Shown here piece by piece: positions 11,516 through 24,227 of a stretch of 64,000 nucleotides of DNA. Numbering within the stretch: position 1 is the stretch's first letter; every line of letters begins with the position of its first letter. A program made the position numbers and the translations under genes. Source of the stretch: Octopus sinensis (Eukaryota). The notes under the pieces are model-generated. The model had not been told where the DNA came from, did not search any database, and was given only the letters and a program-made list of their open reading frames with translations. The stretch is from the NCBI RefSeq assembly GCF_006345805.1, contig NW_021832970.1, forward strand, positions 1,270 to 65,269. The letters run 5' to 3'.

Positions 11516-14458
11516 GAATTATGTCAATGCCATACCATCAGAAAGAGAGTTGCAGCTTCGGTGGTTTACTAATACCGTGAGTAGAGTACTTCATAACCTC
11601 AGCGCAACACCAAGACTTGATGCGTGACTAAGTCGTTAGCATTTTGGTTTCACAATCATGAGACCATCGGTTCGTCCCTTGGACCGAACAGTGTGTTACG
11701 TCCTTGAGCAAGGCACTTCATTTCATGTTGCTCCAATTTATTTAGCCCTCTCCTCCTTCCAACAGTCACATCTTCGATCTTCTGCTGAATACTGTCTAAT
11801 ATCGGCAGTCAAAGTCCCGGATGCTGGCACTGTACTGGTCGACGGGATTAACTCTGCTACACCTTGTAGGCCTTCGTGGGGTTCGAACTCAGAACGCAAA
11901 GAACCGAAACAAAACCACATGATATCTATTCCGTCCGGCTTCCTACAGTTCCACCGATACTTTGAAAGTCGAGAAGGGTGTCTGTGCTTACGACTATATA
12001 GGCAGCTACGAAAAATATTTAGCGAAAGCATGGTACATGTTACCTTGTCTTAATCCCAAGAATGTTGCTACGTTAGTGTTTTAATATCACAGTGGAGTGG
12101 GGGAGGGGAGTGTTTGCTACCAGAATAATTCTTCAAAAGAAAAATAGCGGTTGTTATATTAGAAGTGTTGTTACAACTATAAACATGGTATTGTTGATAT
12201 TTTCGATATTATTAAGTAGATGTTGATAACAAAGAGGAAACCATTGTCAACGGAGACGGCGACGTGGGTCATGGAAGAGGTTGAGATTGCGAAAACTAAA
12301 ATGAGGGGAGATTTTTGATGGCTTCGTCTAAAAAAAAAATAAATGTCACTGTTTTGTTTTTTCCTTCTTGCAGAGGGAGATGTCATACATTTTCCATTTT
12401 TATTTATTTTATTAATGTATATTATTTGCAAACAAACCAAAAAAAAAATGAATGATTGATACACCAATTCTTTCTTTCTTCCTTTCTTTTTTTTAATTAA
12501 CGCAGCTAAAAGAAGAAAAAAATAGGAGAAACAAGCAAAAAAAAAAAGACAAAATGAATACGAAACGTTAAAAGTAAAAACAAAAAAAAAACACGCGGGA
12601 AGGATTTTGAAAAATGTCTTATATCATGGAATGGTGTTTTGTCATATGAAAACATCAATTCTTGCTTCTTCGTTGCTTTCTTTCATTCCCCGTTTGTTTA
12701 TTTCTTTATTTTTATTCTTTTAGCTTTTCTTTTTTTTGGTTTTCTTATCCCGACAAAGTAAAACTATCCCAGTTTTAGACGAATGTGCGTATTTGTGTAG
12801 TGAGAGAGCAAACATACATTCCAATACACACACATACACACACAGACACACACAGACACACACACACACACCACACACACACACACACACTCTGAGAAAT
12901 GCGAACGTAAACTGTCCATCGCTCTAATCCCAAACGCAATTTATTTTTCTGTATGTATGTATGTTTGTGTGGATGTATGTATGTGCCTCTGTATGTGTGT
13001 GTGTGCATGGATGTGCGTGCGCGCGTGTGTGTGTGTATGTGCGTGTGTGTGCGTGTGTGTATGCTACAGTTTTATAAGGTCGAAGAAGGAATCCAAATTG
13101 CTAGCGTTGCTGCCAACGATTTCAAAATCTCTGTTTTAAGGAAGAAAATACTGAGGAAAAAGTGTGAGAGGCGGGGAGTGAAAAGAAGGAGACGAGCATC
13201 ATTAATATGCAGTGCTGGGTATTAAAAATTCTTTCTACCAGTTTTACTGATGTGTCTGTGATTCATACTGTCCGAGATTTGCGTCACATTTTCGTAAAGC
13301 ATAACTCGTAAAAGAATTTGAACTTAATGCCGCAAAAATTGCGAAACCGTCGTTAATGAAACAATGTTCCCACCGCGTGCAATACTTCATTGCATTTAGG
13401 CTATGGTTATTGTTGTTGTTGTTTCATTTGTCATTCAATCCTAGATAAATCTTGATTGAATAGACCTATTATAATAGGTCTACAAGGTTTTTGATGTGTA
13501 GGAAATAGACATCATACCTATATAAAATCGGTCTCCTAAATCCAAATATAACCTTCTTTTTGACCTATCAGAGCTAGTTTTTAAGTTACTGAGCCCTATA
13601 ATCACGTGGACGACTGCTATTCTTGTAACCTGAATTCGAAGGGTATTAACCAGAAAAATCGACAAACGGTTGTCTATCCTAATCTTACCTCTGCTTTTAG
13701 ACCGGTTCCACACAATGAAGAGCTTCCTGTTCCTGTCTTCAATGTCTTCCCTCAGATAACTTTACCCTCAAACAAAGAAGACACTAGAGATCAAGATTTT
13801 TCAGTGGAGACTTTACCTCAGCCATTCCCCCAGGTAGAGCTGGATGATCTAGTTCATGACTTGAACCTCCCCAAAAATTCTGCTGAACTGTTGGCTTCCC
13901 GACTGAAAGAGAACAATCTTTTGGAGAATGGTGTCCGTAAAATGTCTTTATCGGAGTCGGCATGAAGAGGAGAAGCTTATTTACTGCAGAGAAGTCAATG
14001 GGCTTCTTAATAAACTTGGCATTGAGGAATACAAACCAGAAGAACGGCATCTTTTCATTAACAGCTCTAAACGTAGTTTAGAATGTGTATTGTTGTACAA
14101 CAGAAATGTGTACGGCTCTGTCCCACTCGGCCACTCAACAACTCTGAAGAAATTAAGTTGGTTTTAGGAAAGATACTGTATCATGATCATAAATAGGTCA
14201 TCTGCGCTGACTTAAAGATGGTGAAGTTTTTCATGGAACAGTAATCTGGTTATACCAAATACCCATGCTTTATTTGCATGTAGGACAGTAGAGACCGAAT
14301 AAACCACTATGTTGGCCGCCTCGAACAAATATGGCTCCATGTAGAGTTGCCAATATATTGGAAGAACCTTTAGTTGAGCGAGATAAGATCATTCCCCACC
14401 CCCTTTGCACATCAAACTTGGATTGTTTAAGCAATTCGTCAAAGCTCTTAACAAAAAT

Positions 14459-14630
14459 AGGCGCAGGAGTGGCTGTGTGGTAAGTAGCTTCTTTACCAAC
14501 CACATGGTTCCGGGTTCAGTCCAACTGCGTGGCACCTTGGGCAAGTGTCTTCTACTATAGCCTCGGGCCGACCAAAGCCTTGTGAGTGGATTTGGTAGAA
14601 GGAAACTGAAAGAAGCCCGTCGTATATATG

Positions 14631-14687
<57 letters not shown>

Positions 14688-14890
14688 TGTCTGTGTTTGT
14701 ACCCCTAGCATTGCTTGACAACCGATGCTGGTGTGTTTATGTCCCCGTTACTTAGCGGTTCGGCAAAAGAGACCGATAGGATAAGTACTGGGCTTACAAA
14801 AGAATAAGTCCTGGGGTCGAGATGCTCGATTAAAGGCGGTGCTCCAGCATGGCCGCAGTCAAATGACTGAAACAAGTAAAAGAGTAAAAG
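14459..14890 (+). mobile_element. SINE-C, young full-length copy inside the transposase ORF
   Basis: Removing it rejoins ...CTT AAC AAA AAT to AGA GAG TGC TTC (LNKN-RECF). Confidence 0.93.
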
Positions 14891-15195
14891 AGAGAGTGCT
14901 TCAAGTATATCTGCAGTGTATTTCCAGACTTGACGATTGAAAAACAAAGCAGGTAATTTTGATGGAGCACAGATCGATAAGCTCTTGAAGGACACAAATA
15001 TCGAGAAAACGACGAGCGAAAATAAAGCACCAGCTTGGCCAGTCTTTGCAGAAGTAGGGCAAAATTTCCCTGGGAAACACAAAAGTGAAAACTATAAAGA
15101 CCTTCGACAACGTCAGAGCAACACAACCCCACACCGTTTGCCTTTTGAAGAATCATACAAGAGCTCGGAATCTCCCAGTAAAAGGTATCAGAAAA

Positions 15196-15426
15196 GGCGG
15201 CGAGCTGGCAGAAACGTTAGCACGCCGGGCGAAATGCGTAGCCGTATTTCGTCTGTCGTTACGTTGTGAGTTCAAATTCCGCCGAGGTCGACTTTGCCTT
15301 TCATCCTTTCGGAGTCGATAAATTAAGTACCAGCTATGCACTGGGGTCGATGTAATCGACTTAATACCTATGTCTGTCCTTGTTTGTCCCCTCTATGTTT
15401 AGCCCCTTGTGGGTAATAAAGAAATA
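15196..15426 (+). mobile_element. SINE-A, young full-length copy with AATAAAGAAATA tail
   Basis: GGTATCAG occurs at 15184-15191 and 15427-15434, a probable target duplication. Confidence 0.93.
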
Positions 15427-16957
15427 GGTATCAGGTACAATTTGGTTCTGTATTTTCAACAAAGCTTCCACTCACATCATTTGAAAGTTCTTTTTAAATC
15501 ATAATAATAAAAAAAAAATGAAAATGCGTTTTATAATTTGAATTAAATGCTCAAAAATAAAACAATTTACTGTTTCATTTTCAATTAAATCGTTTTAAAA
15601 TGAAAACATGATTTTAAAATGTGTAAAAAAAAATTATTAAAGAGAAAGAGTATAAGGGTTTATGAATGCAGTTCAAAACTTTAGACTGTAGAGAAAACTA
15701 CACTTGCTTAAGGACTTGTGCCCCAGTCTAAAGAAAGAAAAGAAAATGCTCATGTCCTTCGAGAGCACGACTCCCTTCATTGCTGTGAACCGATGAAAAG
15801 ATAACAACTAATAATTCTCCGCTCAGTCGACCAGTCGTCATTCTCACTGCACATTTATGTAAACAAACTACTTCATACACAAACATACATACAGTACAGG
15901 CAAACGCATCGACCGGCGCATATAGACACACATACACACATACACACATACACACTGCACACATAGACACATAAACAGACACAGAGAGACACGTACAGAC
16001 ACTGCACTCAAACACTGCCGCGCGCAAACACACTCGTACAGAGCGCGTACAGATATACATTTACACGACACACAAATATATAACAGCAGACACATATAAA
16101 GACAGTATACGCAAACATATAGACAGATGCACATAAAACATACATATACACACTATAAAATACAAACACAGTGACACACACATACACTGCACGCACACAC
16201 AAATACACACACACAGGCCAGGCGCATATAATCATTGCGTACAAACACATAGATGCACAGAAATACCCATACACATACAAATACATATATACCATATACG
16301 CAGCACACACTAGCATAAACAGACATATATACACAGCACAGAACCACATAGACACACACATACACATACGCACATGTATACACATTTAAGATACACACGT
16401 AATTTTACAGGAAAACAAATAGAAAGTTGGGACGGTTTGTCATAAGCAAATCAAGACAAAATGTCTATATAGAGAAGATATGAGCATTGGCCAATAGCAT
16501 CTGCTAAAATAAACAAGACCTTTTCAACGATGTCAACTTAAGACGTTAGTAAATAGAAGCTGACATGGCTTCTAAGCTCTCTTGATTGCTGGCAAATCGT
16601 CGTCAATATGGCCAAAGGTAAGACGGTCTCTATGTTCAACCCAACTACATCCACCCAACCAAAAAGATATCGTTGTTAGACAACCGTAATAAGCACTCTT
16701 TCAAATAATTGATACAAAACGAGTAATTTTTAAAGGAGGCTGCTAATTGATTAGAGTGTCATTCTGCCACCACCACCCCATCCTCAGTGTTCAAGTGGTA
16801 CTTAATTTATCCACCACCCCCGCCACACCCCACAACCACAACCGAAAGGATGAAAGCCAAAGTCGACCTTGGTGGAATCTGATCGCAAAATGTAAGTCAG
16901 GAAGAAAAGAAATACCACTAAACATTTTATACGGCATGCTAACGTTTCTATCAACTC

Positions 16958-17002
<45 letters not shown>

Positions 17003-17040
17003 TAATAATGATAATAATAATAATAATAATGATAATAATA

Positions 17041-17598
17041 AAATGCCCTGATGCAGTGCCAGGCATTGGCTCACGTGGCTTCTGATCTTAACTGATTGGA
17101 AGTGTTATCATGTCCATTGTTTTGTCTTGGTATAAAAGATGGGCTACAGCAAATATTCTGCTCAATACCACAGATTTGCTTGTCAGTTGTTTGACCTTAA
17201 CCAGTTGAGCATGTCCCTTAGTGGCTAACGATATGTGCATCTCTGATCATGAGCAGAAGTCGTGGGGGAGCATCATAGCCGTGCGTTAAGGGGAATGCTT
17301 TGGGGTTTGGATAATTCACCTTTAGAAACATGGGTGTTTCATCCAGCATCCTTAAACAATCCTTATTCAGGGACCTTTTGAGCGGGATGGGCTACTCGAC
17401 CAGAAGAAAATTCTAACTGGGCCCCACCTGAAAGGTCATGCGCTGTTTATCTTGATATGAGATCACCATATCGTGCACATATGGTTGTGATGCATGTGCC
17501 TGGTGTACCCTTATCAGACGGGTAGTCATGATGAGTATACTGGGCTTCGTATATTTTACCCCAGTGTCACTTTGATGGCATGCACTGCTCTCTCACTC

Positions 17599-17599
<1 letters not shown>
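17041..17599 (+). mobile_element. Unclassified ~560-bp interspersed repeat embedded in (AAT)n
   Basis: (AAT)n on both sides (16959-17040 and 17599-17657); its 3' ~130 bp recurs inverted at 63884-64000; no recognisable ORF. Confidence 0.7.
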
Positions 17600-17648
<49 letters not shown>

Positions 17649-17659
17649 CAATAATAATG

Positions 17660-17872
17660 GCTTCAAATTTTGCAACAAGGGCAACCATTTGGGGTAAGAG
17701 GTGATGAGTCGATTACATCGACCCCAGTGTTCAACTGATGCTTATTTTATCGACCCCGAAAGGATGAAAGGCAAAGTCGACCTCGGCAGAATTTGAACTC
17801 AGAACCCGCGGACGGAAGAAATGCCGTTAAGCATTTTGCTTGGTGTGCTGGCGATTCTGCCAGTTCGCAGCC
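17660..17872 (-). mobile_element. SINE-A, diverged
   Basis: ATCGACCCCGAAAGGATGAAAGGCAAAGTCGACCTCGGCAGAATTTGAACTC body. Confidence 0.88.
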
Positions 17873-18153
17873 TTCATGAAATAATAATAATGATTTCAAA
17901 TTTTGACACAAGGCCATCCAGATACTGGTTGGAATCTCCGAAAAAACACCCACCTCATTGAGAAGCCGGAGATCTTGATTGTGCTTGTTTCTGGGACTAC
18001 TTGGTGTTGTAGGTGAGAGTCTTGGAGAAGCTGTGCAAACTGTTATTGATTTGAAATGTCAGCACGAGTATTGCTGACAGCCATTATCATTAACATCTAG
18101 GGTAAAATAATTTGTCAGAGATGGTCATACTTGTCTACGAGTTGACAGCCACG

Positions 18154-18380
18154 AGGTACATGAAGCCTAGTTACAACTACAGCCGGCTACTGTTGGTAAC
18201 GGTTTTAGCTGCCAATTCTGTACAAGACACTGTAGATCTTTAGCTGGGCTAAAAAGTCACATTCGATCACAGCACCAATAACAGTTAAGCTTCGTGCAAT
18301 GGCCATACTCGATAACGAGGGGGCAGTCATCATGTATGTATGTATGTATGTATGTATGTATGTATGTATGTATGTATGTA
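18154..18380 (+). mobile_element. RTE-like LINE 3' end with (ATGT)n tail
   Basis: CQFCTRHCRSLAGLKSHIRSQHQ* (18210-18281), short 3'UTR CAGTTAAGCTTCGTGCAATGGCCATACTCG, then (ATGT)n; homologous to 49090-49270. Confidence 0.75.
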
Positions 18381-18383
18381 TGA

Positions 18384-18785
18384 GAGTGCACGGCCTACTG
18401 GTTATGGTGTAGCACTTACGATCGCGAGGTTGTAGTTTCAATTCCCGAACTGGATGGCGAGTTGTGTTCTTGAGCAAAACACTTCATCTCATGATACTCT
18501 GCGATCACTTCGACACCTGATTTGTGGTACACTGTGCACCTGTTCAGGTAACGTCGGTTTGATGGAGAGAGTGAGCTTACATACAGTACAAGCATTTGAT
18601 CACTATAAACAAATCATTTGTGCATCTTGTTGGAAAAAAAATCACAGAACCGTCTTTCTCGGACGAGGAGAGAAAAACCATCACTGAAGTGTGTATGTAT
18701 GGTTTGCCGGGTAACCCCCGAGGTAAATGGTCATTAATAGACTACGTTTCAGGTAAACACCCAAGAGATGTCGACACTTGAGATA
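18384..18785 (+). mobile_element. SINE-B variant, diverged
   Basis: tRNA-like head, GTTTCAATTCCC B-box, GTTGTGTTCTTGAGCAAAACACTTCAT core. Confidence 0.75.
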
Positions 18786-18829
18786 CATATTCACTGATTG
18801 GCTAAGTGCCGGAGCAGAGTTAATTAATA

Positions 18830-20006
18830 GCTAATAACATAAATAGATATTGATAGCCCAAATACGAGGCTACCGACAAAGATAAAAGAGATAGGGCTAC
18901 AACTGAGCTGAATAGAGGTGGCGGTGGTGGGGACTTGGATGGGGTGATGATAGAGATGATGATGATGATGATGATTGATGATGATAGGGGTGGTATTAAT
19001 GATGGTGGGATGGCGGCGGTGGTGATGGTGGTGATCATGATGATGACGATGATAGCGTAGCGATGGTCGAGTTGGCGTTAGTGATGAAGTTGATAAAAAT
19101 AGTAACATTAGACGAAAGAGGAGTTGTTGATGATGTTTGAGATAATGGTGGTGGTAATGATGATGATGATGATGACGATGATGGTGATGATGATGACGAT
19201 GATGGTGATGATGATGACGATGATGGTGATGATGATGACGATGATGATGATGATGATGACGATGATGATGATGACGATGATGACGATGATGATGGTGCAG
19301 GTGGTGGTGGTGGTGGTGATGCTGCAGCTACTGGTCCTATTGACGAAAGAGCAGACGGAACGGGGACGAGGGAGGATTAAAAAAAAAAAGGGGGATAGAA
19401 GATATGGATGGAGGGATAGAGGGATGGGGGGTAGCGGCGGGACGAAGGCTTCATGCGATATCATTGCTAACGATGTTTTAATTATTGTAAACAATCTCAA
19501 CAACAGTTTCAATTACTACAACAACTACTACTACTATTACTATAACAACAACTACTACTACAACTTCTACTACTACTACTACTACCACCACTACTACCAC
19601 CACCACCACCACTACCACCATCACCACCACTATTACCACCACAACCACTACTACTACACCACCACTACTACCACCACCACCACCACTACCACCATCACCA
19701 CCACTATTACCACCACAACCACTACTACTACCACCACCACTACTACTACATCTACAAGTACTACACTACTACAACTACTATTTCTACTACATCAACTGCT
19801 ACTATTATAGCTACCACAAATACAACTACAACCGTAACTACTACCGCCACCAACACCACCACCACAACAACAACAGCAACTACTACTACTACTACTACTA
19901 CTACAGTTGCTGCTATCAGTTATACTGCTATTATTGTTACTACTACTACAGTTACGGCTGCTACTATTACTACTGCTACTACAGACACAATAACTACTAC
20001 TACTGT

Positions 20007-20045
<39 letters not shown>

Positions 20046-20050
20046 CTCCA
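18830..20050. repeat. Mosaic trinucleotide microsatellites (GAT, GGT, TAC, CAC)
   Basis: Source of the 228-aa poly-M/Y/H/T ORF; not protein-like. Confidence 0.9.
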
Positions 20051-20456
20051 CCACACTCCGGTGGATCGGTTGCTCTGCACGAGTGCCAAGCGAGAAACTG
20101 ATACCCACAATTAGTCTATAGCAAGATTAAATGTTTTTTTTGTTTTTTTCTAAATCAGTCGAGATAAGAGAGAGAAACTGCAGCTGTTTATTTGTGGGCC
20201 CCTTTAAAGGGAACATACCAGAATAGAAAAAACAATGCAGCAGGGAGTCAAAAGACCCCTTCACTGAATTGTATACAATCCCTTGACTTTATTTTATTTC
20301 ATTTTTAGACAACTTAGCAGGAGTTCTGTTTGCTTTTGACAGCCACCGATTTGTTTCTGGAGTGTTCTCTGGTATTTAATAGAAATTTTAGGAGTATGTG
20401 ACTGTCTTTTGGACAGATATAGTGGGTTGATTATTCGCGTTGCGCGTAGATGTTGA

Positions 20457-20490
<34 letters not shown>

Positions 20491-21029
20491 GGACAGACAA
20501 ACAGACAAACAGACAGACAGGCAGACAGACAGACAGACAGACAGATAGATAGATAGATAGATAAGCAGACAGACAGACAGATAGATAGATAGATAGATAG
20601 ATAGGTTTCCATTGCTTCGATTTCCGATTAATATCGGGTACCTTTAATACAGGGTACCAGGCTGATTTCGAACCTGTCTCGCACACAACTTAACATGTTA
20701 CTAGGGCAGTGTTTCTGTCTTTTTTGTTTCTTCATCTTTTTAGTATCCCAGATGTCACCAAAATGTTCAAAATTTTTACTTTTCATATCCAATGCGCTTC
20801 GCCTGTTGTCTCTCTTCAGCAAGACTCTGCTCTTCTAACGATTTCGACAATAGTTGCTTTACCTCAGTACTCGTCTTTTATCGCTCATCTTTTACTGAAA
20901 CAAAACCTTGAGGAACAAATCGACCACAGTACTTGTCTTTTAAAGCCGAATACTTATTCTGTAGAAACGCTATGTTATAGGAGTGTAAACAAACCAACAC
21001 TGGTTGTCAAAACCCGCACCTATACATAC

Positions 21030-21655
21030 AGTGTGAATGCACGTGGCTGAGGTCACATTGGAGACAGAGTCTCTAGAATTGAATGCGGTGGCCATTAGGA
21101 AGACCAGCGTTTCCGATCCACAAGCCTTTATTTCCATTTTCAGTGGATATGAAATTTATTTATTTCCAAGTTGACAGGGATTGGGAGGCAGAAATGTTGT
21201 GTTGTTTAAGAATGGTCTAGATTTCACGAGACGGACCACCTTCTTCGGTACCTAAAGTAAGTTGGCGGTCGTGGATGTAAACAACAGCGAGAAGGGTGTC
21301 TTTATATTATTATCAGTTTATGTTCCGACAGGGACGGGGCAGCGGCGTTTCTTAAAGTATATGGCGGTTTTTCAAGGAATGTTTTGCTCTGGGCAACTAG
21401 AACTCCATCTTGGATGCACGTTTGGATTGTGGGGCTAACTGATCAGAGACGATGTACAATAGCGTTTCAAATCTGCTTAGACGTTTCCAGTTACTTGACA
21501 GGTGCCGACTGAATTATGTGTATGTGCTAATTTGGACATGGACAAACGACATCCGAATTGTACCTTGATAGAATAATTTGTAGGCCGGTAAGTAAAGATA
21601 TCATATGATGTCGACAATTTGTGATCTATACAGTCGACCAAGATATGCGTCGTTG
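21030..21655 (+). mobile_element. L1/Tx1-clade APE endonuclease fragment (pseudogenic)
   Basis: SVNARG start, LAVVDV, LLSVYVPTG, GNWNSILDARLD, LLRRFQLLDR, WTWTN and LDRI-type motifs across frameshifts, in the order expected for an APE domain. Confidence 0.7.
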
Positions 21656-21691
21656 ACACGCCAAGCTGACAGAATTATTATTATTTTTATT

Positions 21692-22430
21692 AAGGCGGCG
21701 AACTGGCAGAATCGTTAGCAAGCCAGGCGAAATGCTTAGTGGTATTTCGTCTGTCGTTACGTTCTGAGTTCAAATTCCGCCGAGGTCGAATTTGCCTTTC
21801 ATAAATTAAGTACCAGTTGCGTACTGGGGTCGATGTTATCAATTCATACCCTCCCCCAAAATTTCAGGCCTTGTGCCTATAATAGAAAGGATTATTATTA
21901 TTTTAATTGTTACTTTAAGACTGAGCGCTGGTTAGCATGCCGGATAAAATGCTTAGCGGCATTTCGTCCGTCTTTACGGAGTTGGCAGAATCGTAACCGC
22001 TTCAGGAAATACGCTCTGCAGCATTACTTCTGGCTTATATATTCTGAGATCAAATTCCACTAAATTTTATCTTTTTCTCATCCATTTGGAGTCGATTAAA
22101 TAAGCACCAGTTCAATGCTGAGTCGATGTAACCGACTTAGACCATCCACCCCGCCCGACCTTGCTGGTCTTGTGCCAAAATTAGAAACCGAGCTGTTAGA
22201 ATCGTTAGCACGCCGGGTGGAATGATTAGCGGTATATTGTTTGCCGCTATGTTCTAAGTACAAATTCCGCCGAGATCGACTTTGCCTTTCATCCTTTCGG
22301 GGTCAATAAATTAAGTACCAGTTACGCACTGGGGTCGATGTAATCGACTTAATCCCTTTGTCTGTCCTTGTTTGTTCCCTCTATGTTTAGCCCCTTGTGG
22401 GCAATAAAGAAATAAGAATCGTTAGCACGG
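21692..22430 (+). mobile_element. Cluster of at least four same-orientation SINE-A copies and fragments
   Basis: Head at 21692, tails at ~21870 and ~22180; the last copy is flanked by AGAATCGTTAGCACG at 22198-22212 and 22415-22429. Confidence 0.88.
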
Positions 22431-22844
22431 AAACATTTATATGTTTCCTATATATATATGTATTTTTATATTTTTTTATATATCTATATATTTATATATT
22501 TCTTTATATTTTTATGCATTTATTATTCTAGATGTTGTAATGATAAAATATATATATCTTTAGTCGCTAAATTATTAATCATTAACTTTTAACCGCGATG
22601 GACTGCATTCACACGTTTTCCTTATATTTTCCTTATATGCTTGTATTGATGAGTTGTGCTTCATCTTCCGTGATTTTATGCATGTATATTCTATGTGAAA
22701 GAAAAAGCATTATGTGATTAAGTGTTCGAGATATGAAATGTTACGTGGATGACCTTATATCTGTTTGTTCTGCAACCATAGGTTAATATATATGTATGTA
22801 TATATATCAATATACAATATATATATATATGTTTATATATATGC

Positions 22845-22877
<33 letters not shown>

Positions 22878-22880
<3 letters not shown>

Positions 22881-23010
22881 CCGACGAAGAGCTCCGCTCG
22901 AAACGTTAAAACCTCCTTCTTCTTCCGTCTTTCCTGAGCGTCCAATAATACTATATTTGTTCCATGTCCTCGCGTTGTGTTTTTTTGTGCTTTCATGTTT
23001 GGATTAACTA
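22878..23010 (+). mobile_element. PLE pseudo-LTR-like module (family 1) with hammerhead at 22878-22910
   Basis: TTT-CCGACGA-A-GAGC(TCC)GCTC-GAAAC-GTT-AAA; downstream sequence matches 8317-8425. Confidence 0.7.
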
Positions 23011-23034
23011 TATTATTATATATATATATATATA

Positions 23035-23071
<37 letters not shown>

Positions 23072-23303
23072 GCATATATATGTATATGTATATATAAATA
23101 TATATATGTCTGCATGTATATACAGAATAAAAAATCTATATATACATATATATACATATCAATATATTATATATATGTGTATATATATGTATGCATGCAT
23201 GTATGTATGCATATTATATGTATATCTATACACACACATACACACACACATACACACACACATATATATATAGATATATAGAAACATACATTATATATAT
23301 ATA

Positions 23304-23536
23304 TATTTCTTTACTGCCCACAAGGGGCTAAACATAGAAGGGACAAACAAGGACAGACAAAGGGATTAAGTCGATTACATCGACCCCAGTGCGTAACTGG
23401 TACTTAATTTATCGACCCCGAAAGGATGAAAGGCAAAGTCGACCTCGGCGGATTTTGAACCCAGAACACTTAACGGCAGACGAAATACGGCTAAGCATTT
23501 CGCCCGGCGTGCTAACGTTTCTGCCAGCTCGCCGCC
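23304..23536 (-). mobile_element. SINE-A, full length, AGTAAAGAAA tail abutting (TA)n
   Basis: Complete head to tail; near-identical to 15196-15426. Confidence 0.93.
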
Positions 23537-24139
23537 CTATATCATATATAGTACGCGTGTGTGTCAGCGCGTACGTATGCATGTATGAGCGCGGATATGT
23601 GTGTGTGAGCATGCATGTGTGTGTGTGCGTGTGCGTGAGCGAGTATGCGTGTGTATTTGTTCAAAATCCCCACCAAAGTAGCGCCCGCCTTTCATCTTTC
23701 AAGACTCTTTAAAACAAGTACCACCGAAGTACTTGAACAAATTTATTCAACAATTCACCAAAGGTTGCTCACTTTCAGCTTTATATTTTATATTATTAAT
23801 TACAATTTCGTCACATTTTCTTTTCATTTTTATATATCTTTCCTTTGTTGCTTGCTCTTAGGTCTCTCCATCCTTAATTCTTTAGTACTCTCTGACTTCT
23901 TATACTCAATATACTCTATCTATACTCTCTACCATTCTACTTCTAATTCGCTACATTTACCTAGCATTATATTATTATTTTATTAATATTTTTTTTTCTT
24001 TTTATTTGGTTGTTTAATTGTTTTTCATCGTATCCTTCCCACTGTCTGTCTTTCAAATTTGGGGTCCTTTGAAATTCCCTTCTTTCTTTCTTTCTTTTTT
24101 CCTTCTTTCTATCCTGCCTTTCTTTCGTTTTTGATTCTT

Positions 24140-24145
24140 ATGTTT

Positions 24146-24181
<36 letters not shown>

Positions 24182-24193
24182 CTACTACATACA

Positions 24194-24227
<34 letters not shown>

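Larger units (their letters stand above)
13480..15450 (+). mobile_element. Decayed CMC/Chapaev (Chapaev3-like) DNA transposon, interrupted by two SINEs
   Basis: Translation across stops and frameshifts: HVDDCYSC..YPNLTSAFRPVPH, ELDDLVHDLNLPKNSAELLASRLKENNLL, LFINSSKRSLECVLLYN, SGYTKYPCFICM*DSR, PLHIKLGLFKQFVKALNKN/RECFKYI, FDGAQI, KRYQ. Transposase nature is strong; the Chapaev3 label is from recalled motifs. Termini not resolved. Confidence 0.7.

Noticed and set aside
19124-19810. 228-aa ORF
   Set aside because: Translation of GAT/TAC/CAC triplet repeats with no domain.
20780-20860. Two minus-strand hammerhead-like strings
   Set aside because: Core or stem II broken in both; indistinguishable from chance.
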